The notes beneath the pieces are model-generated. The model saw only the letters and a list, made by a program, of their open reading frames with translations, was not told the DNA's origin and ran no database searches. Of a DNA stretch of 64,000 bases, positions 40,154 to 50,834 are shown piece after piece. Numbering within the stretch: the stretch's first letter is position 1; each line of letters begins with the position of its first letter. Both the position numbers and the translations under genes were made by a program. This DNA comes from Alphaproteobacteria bacterium (GTDB lineage: Bacteria > Pseudomonadota > Alphaproteobacteria > UBA828). The stretch spans positions 96,655 to 160,654 of the forward strand of contig CAXXVO010000021.1 in NCBI GenBank assembly GCA_963422645.2. Reading direction: 5' to 3'.

Positions 40154-42955
40154 ATGGCCAAACGAATGCTCATCGACGCCAGCCACGCGGAAGAGACCCG
40201 CGTTGTGGTGGCGGACGGAACACGCCTAGAGGAGTTCGACTTCGAATCGGCTGCCAGGAAGCAGCTCAAGGGAAACGTCTATCTCGCCAAGGTCATGCGC
40301 GTGGAGCCATCGCTCCAGGCGGCGTTCGTCGACTACGGCGGCAATCGACACGGCTTCCTGTCCTTCAACGATATCCACCCTGACTACTACCAGATCCCGG
40401 TCGAGGACCGGGAGGCGCTCTATGCCGAGCATGAGGAAGCCGACGATAGGGAAGAGCCGGCCGCCCTGCCGGCCGAAGCGGCGGAGGCCGGTGCCGACAG
40501 CGGAGCCGAGAGCGAGGCCGCCAGCGAAGGTGCTGCGCTGCCCGATGGCGACGAGCAGCCTGAGCCGGCCGATGCCTCGCACGCTGCGGAGGCGGCGGAA
40601 CACGAGAAGGGTGCGCCGGAGGACATCGCCGCAGCCGATGGCGGCGACGGCGTTGCCGACGACAGGGCCGCCGAAGCCAACGGCGGCAGGAGTGCCAACG
40701 GCGATGTCGAGGTCATGGGCGGCGACGAGCTCGACGACCTGGAGCGCCGGCGCCTTCAGGTCAGCCGCTCACTGCGCAGCCGCCGCTACCACATCCAGGA
40801 GGTAATCAAGAAGCGCCAGATCCTTCTGGTGCAGGTGGTCAAGGAGGAACGCGGCAACAAGGGCGCGGCGCTCACCACCTACCTCTCGCTCGCCGGGCGC
40901 TACATCGTGCTCATGCCCAACGCCATCCGGGGCGGGGGCATTTCGCGCAAGATCGTCAATGCCGACGACCGGCGGCGCCTCAAGAAGATCATGAACGATC
41001 TCGATATCCCGGCGCGCATGGCGGTCATCGTGCGGACCGCCGGGCTGTCGCGCTCCAAGACCGAGATTCGGCGCGATCTGGAATACTTGCTGCGCCGCTG
41101 GCAGAACATTCGCGACCTCACGATGGAATCGACGGCGCCCTGCGTCATCAACGAGGAGGCCAACCTGATCCGCCGCTCGATCCGCGACCTCTACGCGCGC
41201 GACATCGAGCAGATCCTGATCGAGGGCGACGAGGGCTACAAGACCGCCAAGACCTTCATGAAGACCATGATCCCGAGCCACGCCGCGCGCGTGCAGGCCT
41301 ATCGGGACCGGATTCCACTCTTCGCCCGCTATCAGATCGAGAGTCAGCTCGATGCCATGTACAGCCCGGAGCTCCAGCTCAAGTCGGGCGGGTATCTGGT
41401 GATCGACCCGACCGAGGCGCTGGTCGCGATCGACGTTAACTCGGGGCGGGCCACGCGAGAACGCACGATCGAGGAGACCGCGCTCAAGACCAATCTGGAG
41501 GCGGCGGAGGAGATTGCCCGCCAGCTCAGGCTCCGCGACCTCGCCGGGCTGATCGTCATCGACTTCATCGACATGGACGAGAGCCGCAACCAGCGGGCGG
41601 TGGAACGCAAGCTCAAGGATGCGATGCGGATCGATCGCGCACGCATTCGCATGGGCCGGATCAGCCCCTTTGGCTTGATGGAGCTCTCGCGCCAGCGGCT
41701 GCGCCCGAGCCTGGTGGAAGCCAGCATGGAGAGGTGTACGCACTGCGGCGGCGCCGGTGTCACACGCTCGGTGGAATCGTCTGCGGTCCACGCACTGAGA
41801 GCGATCGAGGAGGAGGGGCTGCAGGGGCGGAGCGCCGAGATCCTGTTGCGCGTGCCGGCCGCCGTCGGTCTCTACATCTTCAACCGCAAGCGCCGGATGC
41901 TGGAGGAGATCGAGCGGCGCTACGCCTTCGCCGTCAGCTTCGAGCAGGACGACAGCCTCGTGCCGCCGAACTACGCGATCGAGCGGATCACGGCCCGGAC
42001 CCCGCCGGCGGTCGAGGAGCAGCCTGCGGAGGAAGAGGCAGACGAGGCGCCTCAGCGTGAGAGCAAGCCCAAGCCCAAGCAGGAGACCAAGGGCGAGAGC
42101 GCAGAGCCGACCAAGCGCCGGCGCCGGCGCCGGCGCAAGCCGCGTGGCGAGGGGGCGGAGGAAGCCGCCCCCGAGGTTGTCGCGGCAGCCGCACCGGCGG
42201 AGCCTGCCCAGGCCGAAGGCGGCTCGGAGGATGAGGCCGAGGAGCCGGCAGCCGCAGGGGACGCCCAGGCCGAGAAGACCGAGGATGCTCCCCGCGCCAA
42301 GCGCCGGCGCCGCGGCCGGCGTGGCGGCCGCAGCCGTACGCCGAGGCAGCAGGAGCGGCAGGAGGAGCCGCGCGAGGCTCCTGGCGAGGCGGCTGAGCAG
42401 ACGCCCCTGCCGCTTGCAGCCGAGGGAGACGCAACGTCTGCGGTCGAGGAGACCTCCCCGCCGCTTGCGGCTGAGGGAGACGCAACGTCTGCGGTCGAGG
42501 AGACCTCCCCGCCGCTTGCGGCTGAGGGAGACGCAACGTCTGCGGCCGAGGAAACGTTCCCGCCGCTTGCGGCCGAGAGCGAGACCCCGGCGGCCCCTGC
42601 CGCCGAGGATGCGGCAGCCCCCGCCAACGACGCGGGCGCACCTGACCCTGCGGCGTCCGAGCCCGAGCCGGCGGCCCCGCCGGCCCCGCTCTTTGCGCCA
42701 CTGGCGCCAGCGCCTCTGCCCGAGCCGGCGGCCGTGGATGGCGCGCAGGCAAGCGCAGTCAGCGGCAACGGATCGGATGACGCATCGCGCCCGGTGGCGG
42801 CGGAGGTCGCTGACGGGGGCGCGGCCTCACCGGTCGACGGCGGTGACGACGCGCCCGCCGAGGCGGCTACACCAGCGCCCCCGCCGGACGATGCCGAGGC
42901 CGAGCTGCCCCGGCGGCGCGGCTGGTGGCAGCGGCTCGCTTCATCGTCGCGGTAG
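40154..42955 (+). CDS. rne: Ribonuclease E
   Basis: MLIDASHAEETRV, EPSLQAAFV, KEERGNKGAALTTY, IDVNSG, IDFIDM, CTHC; alphaproteobacterial S1 insertion, disordered CTD ending RRGWW. Confidence 0.97.
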   Translation: MAKRMLIDASHAEETRVVVADGTRLEEFDFESAARKQLKGNVYLAKVMRVEPSLQAAFVDYGGNRHGFLSFNDIHPDYYQIPVEDREALYAEHEEADDREEPAALPAEAAEAGADSGAESEAASEGAALPDGDEQPEPADASHAAEAAEHEKGAPEDIAAADGGDGVADDRAAEANGGRSANGDVEVMGGDELDDLERRRLQVSRSLRSRRYHIQEVIKKRQILLVQVVKEERGNKGAALTTYLSLAGRYIVLMPNAIRGGGISRKIVNADDRRRLKKIMNDLDIPARMAVIVRTAGLSRSKTEIRRDLEYLLRRWQNIRDLTMESTAPCVINEEANLIRRSIRDLYARDIEQILIEGDEGYKTAKTFMKTMIPSHAARVQAYRDRIPLFARYQIESQLDAMYSPELQLKSGGYLVIDPTEALVAIDVNSGRATRERTIEETALKTNLEAAEEIARQLRLRDLAGLIVIDFIDMDESRNQRAVERKLKDAMRIDRARIRMGRISPFGLMELSRQRLRPSLVEASMERCTHCGGAGVTRSVESSAVHALRAIEEEGLQGRSAEILLRVPAAVGLYIFNRKRRMLEEIERRYAFAVSFEQDDSLVPPNYAIERITARTPPAVEEQPAEEEADEAPQRESKPKPKQETKGESAEPTKRRRRRRRKPRGEGAEEAAPEVVAAAAPAEPAQAEGGSEDEAEEPAAAGDAQAEKTEDAPRAKRRRRGRRGGRSRTPRQQERQEEPREAPGEAAEQTPLPLAAEGDATSAVEETSPPLAAEGDATSAVEETSPPLAAEGDATSAAEETFPPLAAESETPAAPAAEDAAAPANDAGAPDPAASEPEPAAPPAPLFAPLAPAPLPEPAAVDGAQASAVSGNGSDDASRPVAAEVADGGAASPVDGGDDAPAEAATPAPPPDDAEAELPRRRGWWQRLASSSR
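42410..42577 (+). repeat. In-frame 51-bp tandem repeat (about 3.3 copies) in the RNase E C-terminal domain
   Basis: Units start at 42410, 42461, 42512, 42563 and encode PLAAEGDATSAVEETSP. Confidence 0.92.
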
Positions 42956-42960
42956 CGGGT

Positions 42961-43115
42961 TAGAGCGCGTCCGTCCTTGACGGACGCGCGACAGGCCGCG
43001 ACTGCGGCCCGCCGCTCCTGCGGCGCCCTCGCGGAGGCGCCGGCCGTAGGCCGGCTGCCGTGAGCGACAAGACGCGAGACGCGAGAGCGTTTCCGTGTAG
43101 AGCGGGCCCGCTCTA
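42961..43115. repeat. Palindromic intergenic element with TAGAGCG...CGCTCTA ends (CIR/Bru-RS/RIME-like)
   Basis: Terminal 7-bp IR plus internal hairpins GCGCGTCCGT/ACGGACGCGC and GCCGGCC/GGCCGGC, between convergent genes. Confidence 0.5.
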
Positions 43116-44000
43116 GGTCTCTGCCGGCGGGCCTCGGCGAAAGGCGAACACCCCGAAGAGGGCGTTGCCGGCCACCGAGCCCAGGATCACCACGGCGCTG
43201 ATGAAGACCAGCGTGCCCGGCACCTCGCCGAAGCCGAGCCAGACCCAGATCGGCGCGAAGACCGCATCGATCAGCACGACGAAGACGAGGATCGGGGCGG
43301 GCAGGTAGCGCGCGGCGTAGAAGTAGAGGGTGAGCGCCGAGGCGAGCTGCACCAGGCCGAGCGCAGCCATGAACCCCACTTCCCGCCCTGTGGCTTCGAA
43401 GGGCAGCGCCAGCGGCAACGAGGCGAGGCCCGCGATCAGCGCCGCGATCAGCACTGCCGGCTCCATCCGCCCGGTGCGAAAGCGCCGGGCGATCAGGGTC
43501 TGGAGCGCGATCGCGGCGGCGATCGAGAGCGCCAGCAGGTTGCCGATGACACCGCCCCCGCCCACGTCGCTCCAGAACATGACGCCAACACCGCAGAGGC
43601 TGCCCAGCAGCGCGAGCCAGGTCCTGAGCGTCACCGGCTCGCCCAGCACCGGCTTCGCCAACAGGGCGACCATGACGGTCGACGTCGTCATGATCGCAAT
43701 GACGTTGGCGACGAGCGTGTACTGCATCGACAGCACGTAGGCGATGATCCCCCAGGCGGTGGCGACGCCCATCAGGACCACCGGCCAGCGCGAGGTGCGA
43801 AGCACCGGCCAGACCCGCCCCCGCTCGCTCACGAAGAGGATCAGGAGCACGCCGAGCGCGGCGAAGAAGCAGCGGACCGCGATGATCTCCCAGGGATCGA
43901 CCGACACCGAGCGGACGAAGAAGCCGCCGGTGCTGAAGCAGAGACCCGAAATGGTCGCGAGACCGGCGCCGAAAAGCAAACGGCGGCGGGCGGTGGTCAT
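43113..44000 (-). CDS. DMT/EamA family transporter
   Basis: About 10 hydrophobic segments, duplicated LGE / FGE EamA motifs. Confidence 0.9.
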   Translation of the reverse strand: MTTARRRLLFGAGLATISGLCFSTGGFFVRSVSVDPWEIIAVRCFFAALGVLLILFVSERGRVWPVLRTSRWPVVLMGVATAWGIIAYVLSMQYTLVANVIAIMTTSTVMVALLAKPVLGEPVTLRTWLALLGSLCGVGVMFWSDVGGGGVIGNLLALSIAAAIALQTLIARRFRTGRMEPAVLIAALIAGLASLPLALPFEATGREVGFMAALGLVQLASALTLYFYAARYLPAPILVFVVLIDAVFAPIWVWLGFGEVPGTLVFISAVVILGSVAGNALFGVFAFRRGPPAET

Positions 44001-44148
44001 GGGCGGGCTCCCGTGTCACCCGAACCGCGCCGGCGCCGGGTGTTGTGCGCCGGCATGGTAGCGCGTCGCGCCGGACGGCGCTTGCGGCCCGTCTGCGGCG
44101 CGTGCGCTCGCCGGATGACGCCTGCGGGCGGCTCTGGCATGGTGGGGC

Positions 44149-45393
44149 ATGAGCGAAGACCCCGGACTTGTCCTGCGCCGCCTGCTGGATGCGGCCCTCG
44201 CGAGCGCCCAGCCGGCCCAGTGCTTGGCTCCGCACCTGCCTGAGCCGCCTGCGGGCCGCACGGTGGTGATCGGCGCCGGCAAGGCGGCCGCGACCATGGC
44301 GCGGGCCGTGGAGGATCATTGGGAGGGCCCCCTGGAGGGCCTCGTCGTCACCCGCTACGGCCACCGCGTGCCCACGGCAAAGATCGAGGTGGTGGAAGCG
44401 GCGCACCCGGTGCCTGATGCCGGAGGCCGGGAGGCTGCGGCGCGCATTCTCTCCCTGGCAGAGGACCTGAGCGCGGACGATCTCGCGCTTTGCCTGATTT
44501 CCGGCGGCGGCTCGGCGCTCCTGACACTGCCGGCGCCGGGGATCGCACTCGCCGACAAGCAGGCGATGACCGGCGCGCTGCTGCGCTCCGGCGCCGCCAT
44601 CGACGAGATCAACTGCGTGCGCAAGCACCTCTCTGCCATCAAGGGCGGGCGCCTGGGGGCGGCCTGTCATCCGGCCCGGGTCGTGAGCCTCCTGATCTCC
44701 GACGTGCCGGGGGACGATCCGGCCGTGATCGGCTCGGGGCCCACCGTGCCCGACCCCACCACCTTCGCCGACGCCCTCGCCGTGCTGCGGAAGTACGGGA
44801 TCGCGGAACCTGCCGCGCTCATCGGGCATCTCGAAGGCGGCGCGGAGGAGACGCCGAAGCAGGGCGACCCCCGGCTGGCTGACGCCGAGACCCGGATGGT
44901 GGCGACCCCCGCGATGGCGCTCGCCGCCGCCGCCGAGGCCGCGCGCGAGGCCGGCTACGAGCCTGTGATCCTGGGCGACGCGCTGGAGGGCGAGGCGCGC
45001 GTGCTTGCCCGCGAGCACGCCAGGCTTGCCCGCGATGCCGCGGCCGGCACCGTGTTGCTCTCGGGCGGCGAGGCGACGGTAACCGTGACCGGGGCGGGCC
45101 GCGGCGGCCCCAACGCGGAATACGCGCTCGCGCTCGCGCTGGCGCTCGACGGCGCGCCCGGCATCTTCGCCACCGCCTGCGATACCGACGGGATCGACGG
45201 CACCGAAGACAATGCCGGCGCCCTGGTGACGCCCGACACGCTCGCGCGCGCCCGCGACGCTGGGGAGGATGCGGCGGCGCGGCTCGCCGCCAACGATGGC
45301 TACGGCTTCTTCGCCCGGCTCGGCGACCTGGTGATGACCGGGCCGACGCTCACCAACGTGAACGACTTCCGCGCCATCCTTGTTCGCCGTTGA
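44149..45393 (+). CDS. Glycerate kinase type 2 (MOFRL family, TtuD/GckA-like)
   Basis: GAGKAA, EAAHPVPD, ISGGGSAL, SDVPGDD, SGGE.TV, DTDGIDG, TGPTLTNVND. Confidence 0.93.
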   Translation: MSEDPGLVLRRLLDAALASAQPAQCLAPHLPEPPAGRTVVIGAGKAAATMARAVEDHWEGPLEGLVVTRYGHRVPTAKIEVVEAAHPVPDAGGREAAARILSLAEDLSADDLALCLISGGGSALLTLPAPGIALADKQAMTGALLRSGAAIDEINCVRKHLSAIKGGRLGAACHPARVVSLLISDVPGDDPAVIGSGPTVPDPTTFADALAVLRKYGIAEPAALIGHLEGGAEETPKQGDPRLADAETRMVATPAMALAAAAEAAREAGYEPVILGDALEGEARVLAREHARLARDAAAGTVLLSGGEATVTVTGAGRGGPNAEYALALALALDGAPGIFATACDTDGIDGTEDNAGALVTPDTLARARDAGEDAAARLAANDGYGFFARLGDLVMTGPTLTNVNDFRAILVRR

Positions 45394-45447
45394 CCGGCGG
45401 CGTCGCCATGCCGATATAAGGGCGGGCACACCGCAGGGGCACGAGTC

Positions 45448-46872
45448 GTGCGACGTCACCGCAGCGCCAAGATTGTCGCGACCCTCGGGCCATCGAGCAC
45501 CGACGAGGCAACCGTCCGTGCGCTCTTCGAGACCGGTGTGGACGTGTTCCGCCTCAACTTCAGCCACGGCAGCCACGCCGAGCACCGCGCCCGCCACACC
45601 CTGATCCGCACGATCGAGGCAGAGGCCGGCCGGCCCATCGGCATCCTCGCGGACCTGCAAGGGCCGAAGCTCAGGATCGGCAGGTTCAGGAAGGGCGAGG
45701 TCGCGCTCGTCCAGGGGCAGCGCTTCACCCTTGTTCTTGGCGAGACGCCGGGAGACGAAGCACAGGCGCCCATGCCGCACCCCGAGATCTTCGCGGCGCT
45801 GGCGCCCGGCGCCGAAGTCCTGCTCGACGACGGCAAGGTGCGGCTCCGCGTCGCCGCGTGCGGGCCGGACCATGCCGAGACCGTGGTGGTGACGCCGGGC
45901 GTCCTCTCGGACCGCAAGGGCCTCAACCTGCCGGGCGTGACGCTGCCCATCGAGGCGGTCACGCCCAAGGATCGGGAAGACCTCGCCTTCGCCCTCGAGC
46001 TCGGTGTCGACTGGGTGGCGCTCTCCTTCGTCCAAAGGCCGGAGGATATCAGGACCGCCCGGCGCCTGGTGCCGGAGGACATGGCTATCGTCGCCAAGCT
46101 GGAGAAGCCCGCGGCGCTCGACTGCCTGGAGGAGGTCGTCGCACTCTCGGACGCGATCATGGTGGCGCGCGGCGACCTCGGCGTGGAGCTTGCGCCCGAG
46201 GAGGTGCCGGCAGCGCAGAAGCGGATCGTTCGCGCGGCCCGGGAGGCGGGCAAGCCGGTGGTGGTCGCGACCCAGATGCTGGATTCGATGATGAACGCGC
46301 CGTCGCCGACCCGCGCCGAAGCCTCGGACGTGGCGACGGCGGTCTATGACGGCGCCGATGCGCTCATGCTCTCCGGCGAATCCGCCGCCGGGCGCTATCC
46401 GCGCGAGGCGGTGGCGATGATGAACCGCATCGTCGAGCGCGTGGAGCGCGACCCGTCGTACCGCCGCCATGTCGACTGGCAGCAGCAGGACCCCGAGGCG
46501 ACGACAGCCGATGCCATCACTGCGGCCGCGCGCCAGGTGGCCGAGACCCTGGATGCCGCCGCCATCGTCACCTACACCTCCTCGGGCTCGACCGCGGTCA
46601 GGGCCGCGCGCGAACGCCCGCCGGTGCCGATCCTGGTGCTGACGCCGGACCGCGATACCGCGCGCCGTCTCGCGCTCCTCTGGGGCGTCCACTGCGTTCA
46701 CACCGACGATGCCACGGGCTTCACCGACATGGTGGAGAAGGCGTGCGCCCAGGCGCTTGCTGCCGGCCACGCCGCGCCCGGCGAGCGCATCGTCATCACC
46801 GCCGGCGTGCCCTTCGGCACCCCCGGCACCACCAACGCGCTCAGAATCGCCCGCGTGCGCCCTGCGGAGTAG
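45448..46872 (+). CDS. pyk: Pyruvate kinase
   Basis: KIVATLGP, RLNFSHG, DLQGPK, MVARGDLGVE, ATQMLDSM, MLSGESA. Confidence 0.97.
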   Translation: MRRHRSAKIVATLGPSSTDEATVRALFETGVDVFRLNFSHGSHAEHRARHTLIRTIEAEAGRPIGILADLQGPKLRIGRFRKGEVALVQGQRFTLVLGETPGDEAQAPMPHPEIFAALAPGAEVLLDDGKVRLRVAACGPDHAETVVVTPGVLSDRKGLNLPGVTLPIEAVTPKDREDLAFALELGVDWVALSFVQRPEDIRTARRLVPEDMAIVAKLEKPAALDCLEEVVALSDAIMVARGDLGVELAPEEVPAAQKRIVRAAREAGKPVVVATQMLDSMMNAPSPTRAEASDVATAVYDGADALMLSGESAAGRYPREAVAMMNRIVERVERDPSYRRHVDWQQQDPEATTADAITAAARQVAETLDAAAIVTYTSSGSTAVRAARERPPVPILVLTPDRDTARRLALLWGVHCVHTDDATGFTDMVEKACAQALAAGHAAPGERIVITAGVPFGTPGTTNALRIARVRPAE

Positions 46873-46936
46873 CGCTCCGGGCTTTTGGGACCTTGGTGTG
46901 ATGCAGGGGGCGTGACGGGGGCGCCAGCGTCGTGCC

Positions 46937-46983
46937 ATCCCGCTTATCCCACTTACATCCCACTTATCCCGGGAATCCCACAT
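46937..46983. repeat. Five ATCCC-headed short direct repeats
   Basis: ATCCCGCTT, ATCCCACTT, ATCCCACTT, ATCCCGGGA, ATCCCACAT at 9-11 bp spacing. Confidence 0.7.
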
Positions 46984-47172
46984 AAAATTTGGGCTTGCCC
47001 GTCTCGCACCGGGGCGCGCGACGTCTCGCAGGGAGGGACCCTGGCGAGAAATGCGGGCTGGGCCAGGACGCACGCTTGACCCCTGCCGTCGGCGATTTCT
47101 ATGCTGACGGTCTGTCCATGCCGCCGCCGGCGGGGCGGGCGGTGGCCCGCGCGAACCCAAGGAGGGGAAGGA

Positions 47173-48330
47173 ATGAACAAGATGTTGTCAGCGGGACTCG
47201 GTGCGCTCGCCGCGCTCGCCGTGACGGCGCCGAGTGTGCATGCGCTGGACGACCTCTCGAACTACGTGTTCGTGCCCAATCGGGCCTCGGCGGACGTGGC
47301 GGTGATCGACACGCGCACCGACGCGGTGGTCGCGCATATTCCAGTGGGCGAGGTGCCGCACCAGGTCGCTGTCTCCCAGACGCTCGGCAAGATGGCCGTG
47401 ACCAACACTGCCGATAACACGGTCTCGGTGATCGATCTTGCGACGCTGGAGACATCGGCCACCATCCAGCTCGGCCATGAGCCCGAGCACATGGAGCTCG
47501 ACCCCTCGGGTGCGGTGCTTGCCGTCGGCAATATCGGCGAAGGCACGGTCTCGCTGGTCTCACTCAGGTCAGAGCACGAAGTCGCGCGCGTGGACGGGCT
47601 GCACGAGCCCCACAACATGACCTTCGACCCCTCGGGCCAGCGTCTCTACGTCGGCAACCTCGGGGCGAGCTTCGTCAGCCTGATCGACGTGCCGCAGGCG
47701 ACGGTCGCAGGCGAGATCGCTATCGGGCCGGACCGCGCGCTCGCGCACCACGAGGACGACGACACCGCCTATCAGGGCATCATCAACGTCACCGCGACGC
47801 CCGACGGGCGCCTCGGCTTCGCGGCCTACGGCGAGGGCGATCGCATGGCCGTGATCGATCTCGAAACGGGCCGGACGCTCAAGGACCTGGCGCTGGGCGA
47901 TACGCCCTGGCGCGCGTTCACCACCGGCGACGGCCGCTACATGATCGTCCCCAACAATGGCGACGAGACCATCTCCGTGGTCTCGACCGAGACCCTCGAC
48001 GAGGTCGCGCGCCTCCCCGGCGCGGCCGACATGACCGGCGTCAACACCGGCTGGTTCGATTCCCTTGCCTACGTGATCAGCCGGGGCGACGACAAGGCAC
48101 TGGTCATCGACCTCGAGACCATGCAGCCGGCCGGCGAGATCGCGCTGCCCGGCACGCCCGAGACCGGCGTGGTGACGCCCGACGGCACCAAGCTCTACGT
48201 CGCTCTCAGCGATGCCGACACGGTCGCCGTGATCGACGTGCAGGCGAAGGCCGTCGTCGCGACGATCGAGGGCGTGGGCGATGAGCCCTGGGGGGCGCAC
48301 ATGGCCGGGGCGGTCAACTACTGCCACTAG
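47173..48330 (+). CDS. Secreted YncE/YVTN beta-propeller protein
   Basis: Signal peptide MNKMLSAGLGALAALAVTAPSVHA; repeated V.N...TVSVID and PDG..LYV blades; ends NYCH. Confidence 0.85.
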   Translation: MNKMLSAGLGALAALAVTAPSVHALDDLSNYVFVPNRASADVAVIDTRTDAVVAHIPVGEVPHQVAVSQTLGKMAVTNTADNTVSVIDLATLETSATIQLGHEPEHMELDPSGAVLAVGNIGEGTVSLVSLRSEHEVARVDGLHEPHNMTFDPSGQRLYVGNLGASFVSLIDVPQATVAGEIAIGPDRALAHHEDDDTAYQGIINVTATPDGRLGFAAYGEGDRMAVIDLETGRTLKDLALGDTPWRAFTTGDGRYMIVPNNGDETISVVSTETLDEVARLPGAADMTGVNTGWFDSLAYVISRGDDKALVIDLETMQPAGEIALPGTPETGVVTPDGTKLYVALSDADTVAVIDVQAKAVVATIEGVGDEPWGAHMAGAVNYCH

Positions 48331-49169
48331 GGACCGCGACGGCCGCTTCCCTCCGCATCGCCGCCGGCATCCTGGCGCTGGCGGCGCTGGGCGCCTCGTC
48401 TGCGGCCGAGGCGGCGTCGGTCGCGCCGCGCGATCGTCTGCTCGGCGCCGTCGAGCGTCATGCGGCGCTGCCCGCAGCGCTCGGCGGGGAAATCGAGCGG
48501 CGCTGCCCGCCGGCCGGCACGCAGTGCGCCGCCCGGCTCATTGCGGGAAGCCTGCCCGCGGCTCGCCTGGTTCCGGTCAATCACCCCGATACCGATACGA
48601 TCCGGCGTGCCCACACGGTCCCCTCGGTGAGCGCGGTCGAGCGGCGCGGCGACGGGGCGCTCGTCGTGGTGCTCGACCGCTTCGGCCGCACCGCCGATCG
48701 CGACGTCGCCGATGCCGTGGTCGGCCACACGCCCGCAACGCCGGCGCGCTTGGTGCTCGACTTGCGTGGCAACGCCGGTGGCGACTTCGACCGGATGCGG
48801 CGGGTCGCGAGCCTCTTCACGGGGCCGCGGGCGGGTGCAATCCGCTTGCTCGGCCGCAGCGGCACGACCGACGTGGCGCTGCCCCGGCCGCTTCGCGCCA
48901 TCGGTGAGTTCGAGATCGACGTGCTGGTCGGCCTCGGCACGGCGAGCAGTGCGGAGGTGCTGGCGGCGCTGCTCCGCCGCCACGCCGGTGCCCGGCTGAT
49001 CGGCGCGCCCACCCTGGGCAAGGATTGGCTCACGCGCGTGATTCCGGTCGATCACGACTGGCGTCTCGCGATCCCTGCGGAGCGGATCGAGGTGCCGGGC
49101 GAGACGCTGGCGCAGGGCCTTGTGCCCGACGTCGAGAGCGCGCCTGATGAGCGGCACGCTTACGAATGA
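48321..49169 (+). CDS. S41 (C-terminal processing) peptidase-like protein; start uncertain
   Basis: LVLDLRGNAGG, TASSAEVL, GAPTLGK, GLVPD motifs; frame open upstream of GTG 48627 with a signal-peptide-like stretch from CTG 48321. Confidence 0.7.
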   Translation: MPLGTATAASLRIAAGILALAALGASSAAEAASVAPRDRLLGAVERHAALPAALGGEIERRCPPAGTQCAARLIAGSLPAARLVPVNHPDTDTIRRAHTVPSVSAVERRGDGALVVVLDRFGRTADRDVADAVVGHTPATPARLVLDLRGNAGGDFDRMRRVASLFTGPRAGAIRLLGRSGTTDVALPRPLRAIGEFEIDVLVGLGTASSAEVLAALLRRHAGARLIGAPTLGKDWLTRVIPVDHDWRLAIPAERIEVPGETLAQGLVPDVESAPDERHAYE

Positions 49170-49179
49170 GAGGAGAGGG

Positions 49180-49671
49180 ATGATGATCCGGTTGAAAGCG
49201 CTCGCAGCCGCGCTCGGCGCGCTGGCAATTTTGGGGACGGCGGTGCCGGCGCAGGCGCACGAGGAGAAGACCGGCGAAATCACGATCGTCCACCCCTGGT
49301 CGCGGCCGGCGGGGCAAGGGCAGAACGGCGTGATCTATCTCGAAATGCGAAACCTGGGCGAAGCCGACGATCGCCTGATCGCCGTCGGCACGCCACTCGC
49401 CAAGAAGGTCGAGCTACACCGCAGCACGATGGAGGAGGGCGTCCACCGCATGGAGAAGGTGGACGGCATCGTCGTGCCGGCGGGCGGCACGGCGACGCTC
49501 GCACCCGGCGGACTTCACGTCATGCTGATCGGCCTCAAGTTCATGCTGATGGCGGAGGAAACCATCCCCGTCACCTTCACCTTCGAGCGCTCGGGCGCCA
49601 TAACCACCGGGGTAGCGGTTGAGGTTCGAGGCAACGGTGATGACGATCATGGCGGTCAGGACGACCACTGA
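49180..49671 (+). CDS. Copper chaperone PCu(A)C
   Basis: Signal peptide, HPWSR, ELH..MEEGVHRM and PGGLHVMLIGL copper-binding motif. Confidence 0.92.
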   Translation: MMIRLKALAAALGALAILGTAVPAQAHEEKTGEITIVHPWSRPAGQGQNGVIYLEMRNLGEADDRLIAVGTPLAKKVELHRSTMEEGVHRMEKVDGIVVPAGGTATLAPGGLHVMLIGLKFMLMAEETIPVTFTFERSGAITTGVAVEVRGNGDDDHGGQDDH

Positions 49672-49736
49672 GGCCATGATCACGACCACGACCATTGAGA
49701 TCGCCCGCGGGTGGGACCACCCTGCGCGGGCTGCCG

Positions 49737-50813
<1,077 letters not shown>

Positions 50814-50834
50814 AGCTTGCCTCCTTCCCCGAAC

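Noticed and set aside
42410-42577. Possible CRISPR array
   Set aside because: Contiguous in-frame coding repeats with no unique spacers; no cas genes in the window
42052-47160. 1702-aa minus-strand ORF
   Set aside because: Shadow frame across pyk, glycerate kinase, EamA and rne in high-GC DNA; no motifs
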